DNA of 64,000 nt from an uncultured Methanosarcinaceae archaeon (lineage in GTDB: Archaea > Halobacteriota > Methanosarcinia > Methanosarcinales > Methanosarcinaceae). Made by a program: the position numbers and the translations under genes. Below, piece after piece: positions 43,943 to 54,607 of this stretch; the stretch's first letter is position 1; the number at the start of each line of letters is the position of its first letter. The notes below the pieces were generated by a model. The model ran no database searches, was not told the DNA's origin, and was given only the letters and a program-made list of their open reading frames with translations. The DNA is taken from assembly GCA_963721455.1 (NCBI GenBank), contig CAVRJG010000021.1, forward strand, positions 8,631-72,630, given 5' to 3'.

Positions 43943-45961
43943 ATGGTATCTTCTTTACTGGCAAACGTTGATGTAATTCTTGGCTTTGCCGTTTTAATTC
44001 TTACTATCTTCTACAGATTTGAAGTCCCTCCTGTACTGGGCTTTCTTGTAACCGGAATGTTGATCGGGCCATATGGGCTCGAGATTCTTAACGGAGGGCA
44101 GAATGTGGAACTGAATGCCGAGCTCGGTATAATCTTTCTGCTTTTTACGATAGGGGTTGACCTTTCCTTAAAAGAACTCTGGAAAATGAAAAAAGCCGTC
44201 ATGCTGGGGGGAACTCTCCAAATCCTCTTAACGACAGTGCTGGTTCTCATCGCATGCTCATTTCTAGGTTTCAGCTCCGCTACTTCTGCCTTTCTCGGTT
44301 TCTTGATTTCACTTAGCAGTACTGCAATAGTACTCAAAGTCCTTCAGGAAAGAAACGAAGTCTATACCCCGCATGGGAAAACCTCGCTTGCAATTCTTAT
44401 ATTTCAGGACCTCGCTATCGTGCCTCTTATCCTGATCACCCCGCTGCTGGCCGGGAGTTCTGTGAATTTCGAAGGTTCTCTTTCAACCATTTTTCTCAAA
44501 GGCTCGCTGATTATTCTGGTTTTCATCCTGAGTGCCAAATTCCTGGTTCCCTGGATATTCTACCATGTGGGCAGGACAGGCAACAAAGAACTATTCCTTG
44601 TCAGCGTTGTTTTCATCTGCCTGTCTACCGCTCTCTTTACCTCGAGTATCGGGCTGTCTCTCGCCCTGGGCGCCTTTTTAGCCGGGATTGTCATATCAGG
44701 TTCCCAGTACAGCCAGCAGGCGATGGGCAATATAATACCTTTAAGAGACATGTTCATGAGTTTCTTTTTTGTGTCAATAGGCATGCTCCTGGACACCGGG
44801 TATTTACTTGATCATCTTCCTGTTCTGATTCTTGCATCAATTGCCCTCATTCTCGTAAAAGCGATAGCCGGGGTAGCTATAACCTTCGGTCTCGGGTATC
44901 CCCTCCGTACTGCTATACTAACAGGGCTTGCACTTTCGCAGGTGGGGGAATTCTCTTTTGTGCTTTCCAGGCTAGGGGTGGAGTATTTAATCCTGACAGA
45001 GGAGACTTACCAGGCATTTCTTGCAGTCTCTATCATCACTATGGGAGTTACGCCCTTTTTGATTAACGCTTCCTACAAGCCTGCCGATTTCCTTGTTAAA
45101 AAGGTTTCAGGCACGGCTTACGGCATGAAACTGGTACACGGCCTCTACTCGGAACCCATCGAAGAAGAGAAAGAAGCCGAGCCCGAGATAAAAGACCACC
45201 TTATCATCGCGGGGTTCGGTTTTTCCGGAAGGACAGTCTCGAAGGCTGCAAAAACCGCAGGCATCCCTTACATTATCGTAGACGTAAACCCTGAAACTGT
45301 TAAGCAGGAAAAAATGAAAGGGGAAAAAATACACTATGGAGATGCGACATTTGGGGCTGTACTGGAACATGCAGGCATCAAGAATGCAAGAGTTCTTATT
45401 ATCGGGATCTCTGATGCTGCCGCCACAGGGAAAATAGTAGAGACTGCAAAGCAGGTGAATCCGAACATCTGCATCATCGCAAAGGTGCGGGATTTGCAGG
45501 AAATGAGACGCCTCAATGCCCTGGGTGCGGATGAAATTATCCCCGAAGAATACGAAACGTCAGTAGAAATCTTTGTCCGCTTGCTGGAAAAGTATCTGGT
45601 TCCGAGAGACGATATCGAAAAACTGGTAAATGATGTGCGGGCTAATGGATACAAGATGCTGCGGAAATTGTCCGTTAATACAAGTATTGATAGCGGATTC
45701 AGCATAAAGGACGGGCTTCAGGGAGTCGATATCCAGGTCCTTAAAGTAGGAAGCGGCTCAAGTTTCGACGGAAAAACCCTTGCAGACCTGGATTTCAGGA
45801 AAAAGCACGGAGTGACAGTACTTTCTATTCGGAGGGGCTCGGATATAGTCTACACTCCAGAAGGCACTTTCCTCCTTCAGGCAAAAGATGCCTGCATCCT
45901 CCTGGGAAAACCCGAAGACCTTTACGGTGTCAGAAGGTTCTTTGAAAGTGTCCACGGATAA
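43943..45961 (+). CDS. Kef-type (CPA2) cation/H+ antiporter with TrkA-N and TrkA-C domains
   Basis: SSTAIV, QD, GAFLAG, QVGEFSF, then GFGFSG, YGDAT and an RCK-C domain. Confidence 0.92.
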   Translation: MVSSLLANVDVILGFAVLILTIFYRFEVPPVLGFLVTGMLIGPYGLEILNGGQNVELNAELGIIFLLFTIGVDLSLKELWKMKKAVMLGGTLQILLTTVLVLIACSFLGFSSATSAFLGFLISLSSTAIVLKVLQERNEVYTPHGKTSLAILIFQDLAIVPLILITPLLAGSSVNFEGSLSTIFLKGSLIILVFILSAKFLVPWIFYHVGRTGNKELFLVSVVFICLSTALFTSSIGLSLALGAFLAGIVISGSQYSQQAMGNIIPLRDMFMSFFFVSIGMLLDTGYLLDHLPVLILASIALILVKAIAGVAITFGLGYPLRTAILTGLALSQVGEFSFVLSRLGVEYLILTEETYQAFLAVSIITMGVTPFLINASYKPADFLVKKVSGTAYGMKLVHGLYSEPIEEEKEAEPEIKDHLIIAGFGFSGRTVSKAAKTAGIPYIIVDVNPETVKQEKMKGEKIHYGDATFGAVLEHAGIKNARVLIIGISDAAATGKIVETAKQVNPNICIIAKVRDLQEMRRLNALGADEIIPEEYETSVEIFVRLLEKYLVPRDDIEKLVNDVRANGYKMLRKLSVNTSIDSGFSIKDGLQGVDIQVLKVGSGSSFDGKTLADLDFRKKHGVTVLSIRRGSDIVYTPEGTFLLQAKDACILLGKPEDLYGVRRFFESVHG

Positions 45962-46038
45962 ACGCCACTTCCCCTTAATTTTTTATTTATGCCTGTCTAT
46001 GCAATACAAATATATCCCATCCATCCTGACTTTTTTCC

Positions 46039-46626
46039 ATGCGTCAGATTATTCTCGCGTCTGCATCCCCAAGGCGAAAAGAACTGCTTGAACAGTTGAT
46101 AGGAAATAACTTCCTTGTCTATGCCAGTTCCTACGGGGAGGCTCCTCATCCTGGCCTGAGCCCTGAAGAGCTTCTCATTAAGCATTCCGTTGAAAAAGCA
46201 AGGGATGTGGCTAAACATTTCGATTCAGGGCTTGTAATTTCTGCTGATACGTCTGTGCTTTTCAACGGAGAGCTTCTGGGAAAGCCGCACTCTCCCGAAA
46301 AGGCAGAAGAAATGCTGGAAAAGCTAAGCGGACAGAGATTCAGGGTTGTAACCGGGCTTACAGTTCTTGACCTTGACAGCGGGAAGGAAATCAGCGAACT
46401 GGAGTCCACTACTGTCTGGATGGCTGAAATAAGCAAAGAACAGATTTCAGCTTATGTCAGGACAGGAGAGCCTCTTGATAAAGCAGGGGCTTTTGCTGCT
46501 CAGGGGAAAGGGGCAGTGCTTGTGGAAAGAATCGAGGGAGATTTCTTTAATGCTGTAGGCCTTCCTCTTTTCCGGCTGGGAAAGATACTGCAGAGAGTTG
46601 GAGTGTCTGTATTTGAGGAAGGTTAA
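46039..46626 (+). CDS. maf: Maf-family nucleoside triphosphate pyrophosphatase
   Basis: [26 protein letters not shown]. Confidence 0.93.
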   Translation: MRQIILASASPRRKELLEQLIGNNFLVYASSYGEAPHPGLSPEELLIKHSVEKARDVAKHFDSGLVISADTSVLFNGELLGKPHSPEKAEEMLEKLSGQRFRVVTGLTVLDLDSGKEISELESTTVWMAEISKEQISAYVRTGEPLDKAGAFAAQGKGAVLVERIEGDFFNAVGLPLFRLGKILQRVGVSVFEEG

Positions 46627-46638
46627 TCCTGAATTCTA

Positions 46639-46691
46639 CTGATCTTTTAGTTTTTCCGGCCTGCTGATCTTTTAGTTTTTCCGGCCTGCTT
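46639..46691. repeat. 25-bp direct repeat x2 (ctgatcttttagtttttccggcctg)
   Basis: Directly visible in the T-rich, terminator-like region after maf. Confidence 0.7.
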
Positions 46692-46876
46692 GCCTTTTTA
46701 CTAATTTCCTTTGCTTTCAATTTGCTTCCGTATAAATATCTCCGGAGAGGCGGCGAAAGTAATAAAGAGTCTCTGACCAATTAGGTAACAATAAGCGAAT
46801 TCAAGTGACTCTAAATGAATTGAGTTTCATTTTAGCAGGTATTTCAGGCATTTTAATGTCCAGAGGCGTTCCGGAG

Positions 46877-48298
46877 ATGCTCCAGGTTTACAATACTCTC
46901 ACAAGAAAGAAAGAGGTTTTCAAATCCTTGAAGGAAGGCGAAGTCTCGATTTACGCCTGCGGGCCTACAGTCTACAATATGCCGCATATAGGTAATTATC
47001 GAACCTTCCTGATGACGGACAATATTGTGAGAACCCTCGAATACCTGGGGTATAAAGTAAAGCTTGTAATGAATATTACTGACATAGATGACAAAACTAT
47101 CAGGGATTCAAAAGCAGCCGGAATGTCTCTTAAGGATTTTACGGACAAATACACGGCAGAATTCTTAAAAGGCCTTGATATGCTGAATATAAAAAGAGCT
47201 TCAGCATACCCGAAGGCTACGGAAAATGTTGACGGCATGATCGAACTTGCGCAGAAGCTCATAGATAAGGGGCTGGCTTACGAAAAAGGGGGTTCGGTCT
47301 ATTACAGGATTTCAGGGTTCCCGGACTACGGCAAGCTTTCAAAGATCGATTTTGACAACATTATAATTGGCGCATCGGTGGATGTGGACGAATATGATAA
47401 AGACAATCCCCGTGATTTCGCACTTCTAAAAGCTTCAACCCCTGAGGAAATCAAAAGGGGAATTTTTTATGAAAGCCAGTGGGGAAAAATCCGTCCGGGC
47501 TGGCATATTGAGTGTTCGGTAATGGCTATGAACAGCTTTGGGCCGACCCTGGACATTCATACAGGAGGCGTGGACCTTATCTTCCCTCACCATGAAAACG
47601 AAATAGCCCAGTCCGAAGGGGCAACCGGAAAACCCTTTGTATGTAATTGGGTTCATGGAGAACACCTGATAGTCGAAGGGGAGAAGATGAGCAAGTCCAA
47701 AGGAAACGTCTTCACGCTGCCCGAGATTGTCGGGAAGTACGGCGGGGAGGTTGTCCGCTTTATGTTTCTTTCAGTCCACTACCGGAAAAAGCTGGACTAT
47801 TCCGATGCCTTTGCAGAAAACGCAAAAAATAATTATCTGCGGTTTAAAGAGACTCTCGATAACCTTGAGTTTGCCCTGGAAAGCGCAGAAGATGCATCTT
47901 ATTCCGAAGACGGTGAAGCCCTTAAAGCCCTTCCTGAACTTGAAACTCAGTTCAGGGGAGCTCTGGAGGACGATTTTAATACCCCTAAAGCCATAACGGT
48001 TTTCAGGGACCTTTCCCGCACAGCCAACAGGTACCTTGAAAGCGGGAAAAATAGACCGGTTCTAGGAAAGCTCCATTCCCTTTACAGGCAGTTTTCGGAT
48101 GTTCTGGGTCTCTTTGCAGAAACCGGAGAAGAGAAACTCCCTGAAGAAGTAATGATATTTGTCGAAGAACGTGAAGCTGCCCGAAAAAAGAAAGAATGGG
48201 CAATTTCAGATGCTCTCAGGGAGAAAATAAAGTCGCTTGGTTATATCGTACAGGATACAAAAGAAGGACAGAATGTGAAAAAAATCGAGGGGAGTTAA
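46877..48298 (+). CDS. cysS: Cysteinyl-tRNA synthetase (class I)
   Basis: [30 protein letters not shown]. Start at ATG 46877. Confidence 0.95.
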   Translation: MLQVYNTLTRKKEVFKSLKEGEVSIYACGPTVYNMPHIGNYRTFLMTDNIVRTLEYLGYKVKLVMNITDIDDKTIRDSKAAGMSLKDFTDKYTAEFLKGLDMLNIKRASAYPKATENVDGMIELAQKLIDKGLAYEKGGSVYYRISGFPDYGKLSKIDFDNIIIGASVDVDEYDKDNPRDFALLKASTPEEIKRGIFYESQWGKIRPGWHIECSVMAMNSFGPTLDIHTGGVDLIFPHHENEIAQSEGATGKPFVCNWVHGEHLIVEGEKMSKSKGNVFTLPEIVGKYGGEVVRFMFLSVHYRKKLDYSDAFAENAKNNYLRFKETLDNLEFALESAEDASYSEDGEALKALPELETQFRGALEDDFNTPKAITVFRDLSRTANRYLESGKNRPVLGKLHSLYRQFSDVLGLFAETGEEKLPEEVMIFVEEREAARKKKEWAISDALREKIKSLGYIVQDTKEGQNVKKIEGS

Positions 48299-48395
48299 GA
48301 AGCGCGTTTCGTTGAAACAGGCATAGCGTATAAATCAGGAATCACAACTACCCATGAGTATCAGGTTTTTGTACTTATCTGACCCTATTTCCGGG

Positions 48396-49253
48396 TTAAA
48401 GTTTCAGATCCGGATTTTCTTCTTTTCTTGAGGTTTTCCCATAAGTTTCCTGCATTGGGGAATATTGAAGTGAAGAATATATTTCGTTCAAACCCTGCAG
48501 GATTTTAAATCCTTTTTCAGTAATCATATAGTCTCCTCTTTCGTGCTGCTGCAGGATCAGTCCGCTGTCCGTGAGTTTCTGGAGATGGAAAAGCAGGTTT
48601 CCCCCTCTGAGGCCTGTAAGTTCGGAAAAGCCCGAGAAACTTTTTGTTTCGAAGGCTACTGCTCTAAGAATTTCAAGACGCTGATTGTTTAAAATCGGCT
48701 CAAGGATCTCGCTCATAATCACACCGGTTTTAAGGGCTGAAATATCGGATTTATGTTCCTGATTATCTGCGTAAATTCTCATAGAACGCATGAGGTTGAC
48801 CTGTTTAATAAATAAGCTTGAAACTTCGGAAAAGCACTGCTCACATTTTCCGTAAGGCGCTTCGCATCTCAGTTCCTCCATCTTTTTCCTGTTGTTCGAA
48901 ATTAGTGTCTCCTCTACTTTGCTTTGTTTTATAAGCCCTGCATTCTGCTGCAGGAGAGCTGTAAATCCAGAAATGCAATTTTTCTTTTCAGGACATTTTT
49001 TCACCATATTTCGTTCAAGTCCTGTCTCAATATCTCCGAAAAGGTGATTGAGTAGGACGTTTAAGTACTCCTGCCTTGAACTTTCAAGAGCAGCTTCGAA
49101 ACGCAGTTTATTGGAGTATTCCATAACTTTTTTAATATCGATGTGCATTTCGGAAAGTTTTTCCCGGATAGCCTTTATTTCCGTCATCTCCTGAGCTTCA
49201 GACGTTCCAGAACTTTCAGGAGCATTTCCCTTTTCTTTGCTTACATCTTTCAT
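48396..49253 (-). CDS. ArsR-family HTH regulator with a Cys-containing N-terminal domain
   Basis: C-terminal RLEILR...GGNLLFHLQKL...Y.IT.KG winged HTH; CP...C and C..C cysteines upstream. Confidence 0.8.
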   Translation of the reverse strand: MKDVSKEKGNAPESSGTSEAQEMTEIKAIREKLSEMHIDIKKVMEYSNKLRFEAALESSRQEYLNVLLNHLFGDIETGLERNMVKKCPEKKNCISGFTALLQQNAGLIKQSKVEETLISNNRKKMEELRCEAPYGKCEQCFSEVSSLFIKQVNLMRSMRIYADNQEHKSDISALKTGVIMSEILEPILNNQRLEILRAVAFETKSFSGFSELTGLRGGNLLFHLQKLTDSGLILQQHERGDYMITEKGFKILQGLNEIYSSLQYSPMQETYGKTSRKEENPDLKL

Positions 49254-49440
49254 ACTTTCATATCTTCCGGCTTTATTTTTAAAGTTTCTGTCATAACTTT
49301 AAAGGTCATTCAGATGTATATTTTTATAAAGACACTGCAATTCATTTAGTATATTTTTATGCCGATTAATTATAAATCAATGATTAATATATTAATAATG
49401 GGCTAGGGGCCCGGGATTAGAAAAGAAGAGGTGAAATGAT

Positions 49441-49563
49441 ATGGTAAAATGTGGAATTTGCGGAGGAGAAGCTCCCAAGCAGCCCGGCATTACCGAAGAG
49501 GGTAAATGCGACATTTGCGGGAAGAAGGTCACTCTCGCAGAAGAAAAGAAGCAGGAAAGATGA
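49441..49563 (+). CDS. 40-aa double-CxxC (zinc-finger-like) micro-protein, not in the ORF track
   Basis: GAGGTGA RBS; MVKCGICGGEAPKQPGITEEGKCDICGKKVTLAEEKKQER*. Confidence 0.75.
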   Translation: MVKCGICGGEAPKQPGITEEGKCDICGKKVTLAEEKKQER

Positions 49564-49820
49564 ATAAATAACTGAAATGTACCTTAATTAACTGGCACAT
49601 CGCCTTGAAAAAGAACTTTACAGCAATTCTTACCTTTGAAAAGGGGGGTGATGATTGCTTTTTCTTTTCAGGTTCTCTTTTCATAATATAAAGACCTTGT
49701 TTTTAAGCCACTCACATTTTTAAAAATCTTTATTTGATTTTTTATTTTAACTGTTTTCCTGCGCGGCTACAGAAGGAATAAATAAGTACCATCGGAGGCA
49801 AATTAACAATGGTCGGTGGT

Positions 49821-50744
49821 ATGAAATCCAAACTTCTTGTCTTTCTACTGGTTCTTTCGCTTGTTGCAAACGCTTATTTTGTCTTGTTTGAAGAACAGCC
49901 TTCCTTTGAGGGAGGACAGGTCAAGGAAATGCAGGCCCGTATAAATATTCTTCAAACGGAAAACGAAAACCTTCAGGCGCAAATAAATCAGAATAATGAG
50001 TCGCTTAAGTCTTATGCTTCTCAGCTGGACTCTTATCGCCAAAAGGTCTTTGAACTTCAGAATAGCACTCAAATGTGTCCAGCGGGCGTGGAAGGGTTTG
50101 CTACCCTTCAGGGACCTGCAGTCTTCCAGACTGTCCAGACAGATCAGTCAGGCCCCTTCATCCGGCAATCAACTTCTAAAAAAGGCGCCCTGCTCAATAT
50201 TTCGGTTGAGACCAGGCCAGGAAAAGGCCGAGTGCTCGTCCAGACAACGCCTCTGATGGGCGTGATCTTCCAGGATGCTGCAAACACCGCAGCTTTTGTG
50301 GCTGAAAACAAAACCGGGAAGCAACTGTCAAGCAGTGATATTATCTTCAGTATTACCGCCCCGTATCAAATCCCGGGGGTCGATGGTCCCAGTGCAGGGG
50401 CTCTCATGACCCTGCTTACAATTTCTGCCATTGATAACAATACAGAATTGAATAACAGTATAACCCTTACAGGCACGATTGACAATGAAGGCAATATCGG
50501 CCCCGTAGGGGGAGTTTTCGAAAAAGCCAGAGCAGCAGAAGCCGGGGGCAAAACTCTCTTCCTTATCCCTGGGGAAAACCGCGAGCTTGTCACATACAGG
50601 TATGTAGATAGGAAGTTCGGCGGCTTTACTGTTACTGAAAGAGTGGCGGAAATAGTAGATGCTAAAGAGTATATCGAGAAAAATGTGGGAATCAAGATCG
50701 AATACGTGGATACAATTGAAGACGTACTGAGGTATGAGAAGTAA
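49821..50744 (+). CDS. Membrane-anchored Lon-like (S16) serine protease with a coiled coil
   Basis: TM anchor, coiled coil, DGPSAG, TGTI...IGPVGG..EK (Ser-Lys dyad). Confidence 0.88.
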   Translation: MKSKLLVFLLVLSLVANAYFVLFEEQPSFEGGQVKEMQARINILQTENENLQAQINQNNESLKSYASQLDSYRQKVFELQNSTQMCPAGVEGFATLQGPAVFQTVQTDQSGPFIRQSTSKKGALLNISVETRPGKGRVLVQTTPLMGVIFQDAANTAAFVAENKTGKQLSSSDIIFSITAPYQIPGVDGPSAGALMTLLTISAIDNNTELNNSITLTGTIDNEGNIGPVGGVFEKARAAEAGGKTLFLIPGENRELVTYRYVDRKFGGFTVTERVAEIVDAKEYIEKNVGIKIEYVDTIEDVLRYEK

Positions 50745-50860
50745 GATCGAGAAATCTGAATTTCGACTGAACGTATACTGCGATGCTAATAGTTTTTTCG
50801 GGGATCCTTTTTTCCCCGGAGCTGGCATTTTTTTGTACGGCTGCATGGAACTTTTGCAAA

Positions 50861-51144
50861 TCAGACCGGGAAATCTTCTATTTTCTCAAAAAAATGAATT
50901 TCAGGCTTACCGCAGACCCCTACTTCTTGCATTCTCTTTTTCAGATCCTCGGATTCTACGAATTTGGTTCCTTTTTCTTTTGTATCCCATTCAAAAAGGA
51001 TAAAGATGTCATTTGGGTTGTCCAGGCTGTGGAATAGCTGTCCGTCTTTGCAGCCGGCTTTCCCTCTCGTGGATCCGTGTTCATTAAAAAAGGTTTCCAT
51101 CTGGAATAATCTTCGACTCGGTGCTTTATAGCGACATGTACTAT
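50861..51144 (-). pseudogene. Small ABM/cyclase-like protein, frameshifted
   Basis: VHVAIKHRVEDYSRWKP joins FNEHGSTR...GKPEIHF if one T is added to the homopolymer at 51086-51091. The start position reads ATA. Confidence 0.6.
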
Positions 51145-51572
51145 AATTATACCCCCATTTTTTGATATAGGGGCTTTAAGAAGACCCTTCTGGCGTTTGA
51201 ACCAATGAGAATGCCTGTCCCTATGAGCTTCTTTCCGCATGTCAGGATCAGGCAATGCCCTTCGAATATGTTGTTATGGATATTTGTCCTGCCGTGACAG
51301 TCCTTGAAGTAGCCAATTGCTTCACAGAATTTAAAATTTTTTGAATTGAGCAATTCTTTGTGATCTGGAGTTTTATTGCACAGGAATACCTGGGGCATTG
51401 AAGCTGCCCATAAGCTTTAAGGCCAGCTATTTTCTACGATCTCCATTTTATATCACCGATTTTATTTATATTGCGTAAAGTATATCTCCGCAGGCGTTGA
51501 AGATTGAGACTATCTGATAGCTGCCTGCCTGGCGTGCATTTTTAAATCCTGAAAAACAACCCTTTGTCGATT

Positions 51573-52433
51573 ATGCTACCCGAAATCATACCTATTATTG
51601 AAGAGCCTGCTCTCATGGTGACTAACACCGAAACTTCGCTGGTAGTTGCCGACATCCATCTCGGGATCGAGTGGGATCTGTACAGGAGCGGGATCAATTT
51701 GCCCAGCCAGATGAAAGAACGGCTGGACAGGATTCTGGGCTATATCCAGGCAAATTGTCCTGACAGGATAATACTTCTGGGGGATGTAAAGCATAATGTT
51801 CCTCAGGTTTCCTTGCAGGAGAAAGATGAAATTCCTCGTTTTCTTGAAACGCTTGCTGAATATGCACATGTGGATATTTTTCCGGGAAACCATGACGGAG
51901 GAATCGAGCTTCTTTTCAACAGGCAAAAGGACATCAGGGTTCACTCTGCACGCGGAGCGGTTCTTGATGGGGTAGGGTATTTCCACGGACATACCTGGCC
52001 TGCGCCTGAACTGCTGGCTGCATCTCATATAGTCGTCGCCCATAACCATCCTGCTGTCCGTTTTACAGACGCCTTCGGCTATTCAATAGTTGAGCCTTCC
52101 TGGATCAGGACAAAGTTCAATGCAGATATCCTGAAAGCTCGTTTCGGAAACCTTGATTTTGAAAACCCTGCACAGTGGGCTGATCCTGAAATCTTCGTTA
52201 TGCCTGCTTTTAACGAGCTTTGTGGAGGCGTACCTTTCAACGAATCCACTCAGAAAGATCTCCTGGGCCCGACTTTTTCTTCAGGGGGGATTGAACTTGA
52301 GGATGCCGAGGTGTACCTGCTTGACGGGACGAGGCTCGGGCTGCTCAGGAATATACGGAAGCTGCAGCATACAAGGGCTAGAAACAGGACTGCAGGCAGG
52401 AGATATAAAAGCTCTGAAAGTTCCGGCGCATGA
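51573..52433 (+). CDS. Archaeal metallophosphoesterase (Lhr-associated type)
   Basis: ADIHLG, LGDVKH, PGNHD, HGH, HNHP, MPAFN. Confidence 0.88.
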   Translation: MLPEIIPIIEEPALMVTNTETSLVVADIHLGIEWDLYRSGINLPSQMKERLDRILGYIQANCPDRIILLGDVKHNVPQVSLQEKDEIPRFLETLAEYAHVDIFPGNHDGGIELLFNRQKDIRVHSARGAVLDGVGYFHGHTWPAPELLAASHIVVAHNHPAVRFTDAFGYSIVEPSWIRTKFNADILKARFGNLDFENPAQWADPEIFVMPAFNELCGGVPFNESTQKDLLGPTFSSGGIELEDAEVYLLDGTRLGLLRNIRKLQHTRARNRTAGRRYKSSESSGA

Positions 52434-52664
52434 AGTCTTTTATATTTTGGTTCTTTTTCTCAATGTTTATATAAAATGCATGGTGTATGGAAAAAAATAA
52501 ATGTCAGGAATCAGGCTTATAAACAGTCATCGTTCCTGATAATTCGGACCTTCAGCATTCAGCCGCCAGAGCAAGCATAGAATCCATAACTTTCAGGGAG
52601 ATTCCCCTCTGTTGTGGGTGCCGGGGCTGATTTGTTGATTATTGATTTATTTATGGCTAATTTA

Positions 52665-52750
52665 TCGATTGATTACTGATTGATTACTGATTGATTGCCG
52701 ATTGATTACTGATCGGTTACTGATTGATTACTGATTGATTTACTGATTAA
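52665..52750. repeat. Degenerate short tandem repeat (ttgattactga) upstream of lysS
   Basis: Directly visible. Confidence 0.75.
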
Positions 52751-52787
52751 TTTATTCGCATTCACCTGAAAAGGATGTACTGATTCG

Positions 52788-54368
52788 ATGAGCATGGAAA
52801 TCAATAATACCGAAATGGCGGAAGAAATGTCGGAAGAACGGTCGGATAATTCTCCACTGTCTGACAATAATGTTACTCTGTCTGACAATAATAACTTCTC
52901 AGAAAACAGAGTTTTTGATGACTCAAAAATTGCAAAATTAAACGGCATCCGAAGCCAGGGAATTAACCCATACCCCTATAAGTTCGAGAAGAATGGAGAT
53001 ATCCGTGATATACTGGAAAAATTTGAAGATTTCGAGAAGAATGAGGGTTTAACTGTCCGAACCGCAGGAAGGCTTTACAATATCCGCAAGCATGGAAAAA
53101 TGATATTTGCCGACCTCGGGGACCAGGCAGGCAGGATTCAGTTCCTTTTAAGGAAAGGGAACCTTCCTGATGAGGACTTCGAAACTTTTAAAAACCTGGT
53201 TGATTCGGGAGATATCATAGGCATTCAGGGCGAGCTTTTCAGGACAAAAAGGGGTGAAAACTCTATCAGCGTGTCTGAGTTTTCCCTGCTCTCAAAATCC
53301 CTCTGCGCCCTTCCCGAAAAATTCCACGGCTTAAAAGACATTGAAACCAGGTACAGGAAGAGATACCTTGACCTCATAGTCAATGCTGAAAAAAGGGATA
53401 TTTTCGTCATGAGGAGCAAACTCGTCTCAGAAATCAGGAGATTCCTTACTGAAAGGGAGTTTCTGGAGTTTGAAACTCCTGTGCTCCAGACCGTGTACGG
53501 AGGCGCAAATGCAAGGCCTTTCATGACTTTCCACAACTGCCTCGGGCAGAACCTCTTCCTGAGAATAGCCCCCGAACTCTACCTTAAAAGGCTTGTCGTT
53601 GGCGGGTATGAGAAGGTCTTTGAGATCGCCAAGAATTTCAGGAACGAAGACATCGACACGACCCATAACCCTGAGTTCACTATGATCGAGGTCTACGAGG
53701 CTTACAGGGACTACAATGACATGATGGACTTAACCGAAGGCCTGATCTCGGAACTCGCGCTCAAGCTCACCGGCGGCTACGAAGTCAAAATAGGCGAAAA
53801 CACGATTAACCTCCGTTCTCCCTGGAAGAGGATTTCTATGGAAGACGCCTTAAAAGAGTATGCCGGGCTTGATATCTTTGCCCACTCACTTGAAGAACTG
53901 AGGCAAATCGCAATCGAAAACAGGATTGAGGATTACGAAAAGGCAAAGAGCTACGGAGAGTTCCTTGCCCTGCTCTTTGAGGGCCTGGTAGAAGACAAGC
54001 TGATAAATCCGACTTTCATATACGACTTCCCTGTGGAAAATTCCCCGCTTGCCAAGAACCACAGGTCAAAAGAAGGGTTTGTAGAGAGATTCGAACTCTT
54101 CCTTAACGGGTGGGAACTGGCAAACGGCTATTCAGAGTTAAATGATCCTCTTGAGCAGGAAAAGAGGTTCGAAGAACAGGATAAGAAAAGGAAGCTGGGA
54201 GACCTTGAAGCCCAGACAGTTGATTACGACTTCATAAACGCCCTCGGATACGGACTGCCCCCGACCGGTGGCATGGGGCTTGGAATCGACCGTCTTACCA
54301 TGATCCTTGCGGGCCTGGAATCCATCAAGGAAGTAATCCTCTTCCCGCAGATGAAAAGAGAGGATTGA
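52788..54368 (+). CDS. lysS: Lysyl-tRNA synthetase, class II
   Basis: OB-fold, RYRKRYLDL, motif 2 FRNEDID.THNPEF, motif 3 GLGIDRL. Confidence 0.96.
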   Translation: MSMEINNTEMAEEMSEERSDNSPLSDNNVTLSDNNNFSENRVFDDSKIAKLNGIRSQGINPYPYKFEKNGDIRDILEKFEDFEKNEGLTVRTAGRLYNIRKHGKMIFADLGDQAGRIQFLLRKGNLPDEDFETFKNLVDSGDIIGIQGELFRTKRGENSISVSEFSLLSKSLCALPEKFHGLKDIETRYRKRYLDLIVNAEKRDIFVMRSKLVSEIRRFLTEREFLEFETPVLQTVYGGANARPFMTFHNCLGQNLFLRIAPELYLKRLVVGGYEKVFEIAKNFRNEDIDTTHNPEFTMIEVYEAYRDYNDMMDLTEGLISELALKLTGGYEVKIGENTINLRSPWKRISMEDALKEYAGLDIFAHSLEELRQIAIENRIEDYEKAKSYGEFLALLFEGLVEDKLINPTFIYDFPVENSPLAKNHRSKEGFVERFELFLNGWELANGYSELNDPLEQEKRFEEQDKKRKLGDLEAQTVDYDFINALGYGLPPTGGMGLGIDRLTMILAGLESIKEVILFPQMKRED

Positions 54369-54607
54369 TTGAGATAAGGCTTAAGATTTCCCGCCAGACT
54401 GCCGGGTTTTACAGGGGGATTTGTTCCCCCTTTCTTTTTATGGCTCAACGCTGTGTTTCTATGATTTAATTTGATTTTTTATTCTTTACCTGCATCAATT
54501 ATTTTTCCCTGTTTCTATCCCTTTGCCATGCTTGATACAAGCATTTATATTGATGCTCACTAACACAACAATTGAGTACATCTAACCAAAAACCGCTTAC
54601 AGGAAAC

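Noticed and set aside
51147-51398. 83-aa minus-strand ORF
   Set aside because: No recognisable motif or clear RBS, so it cannot be supported as a gene.
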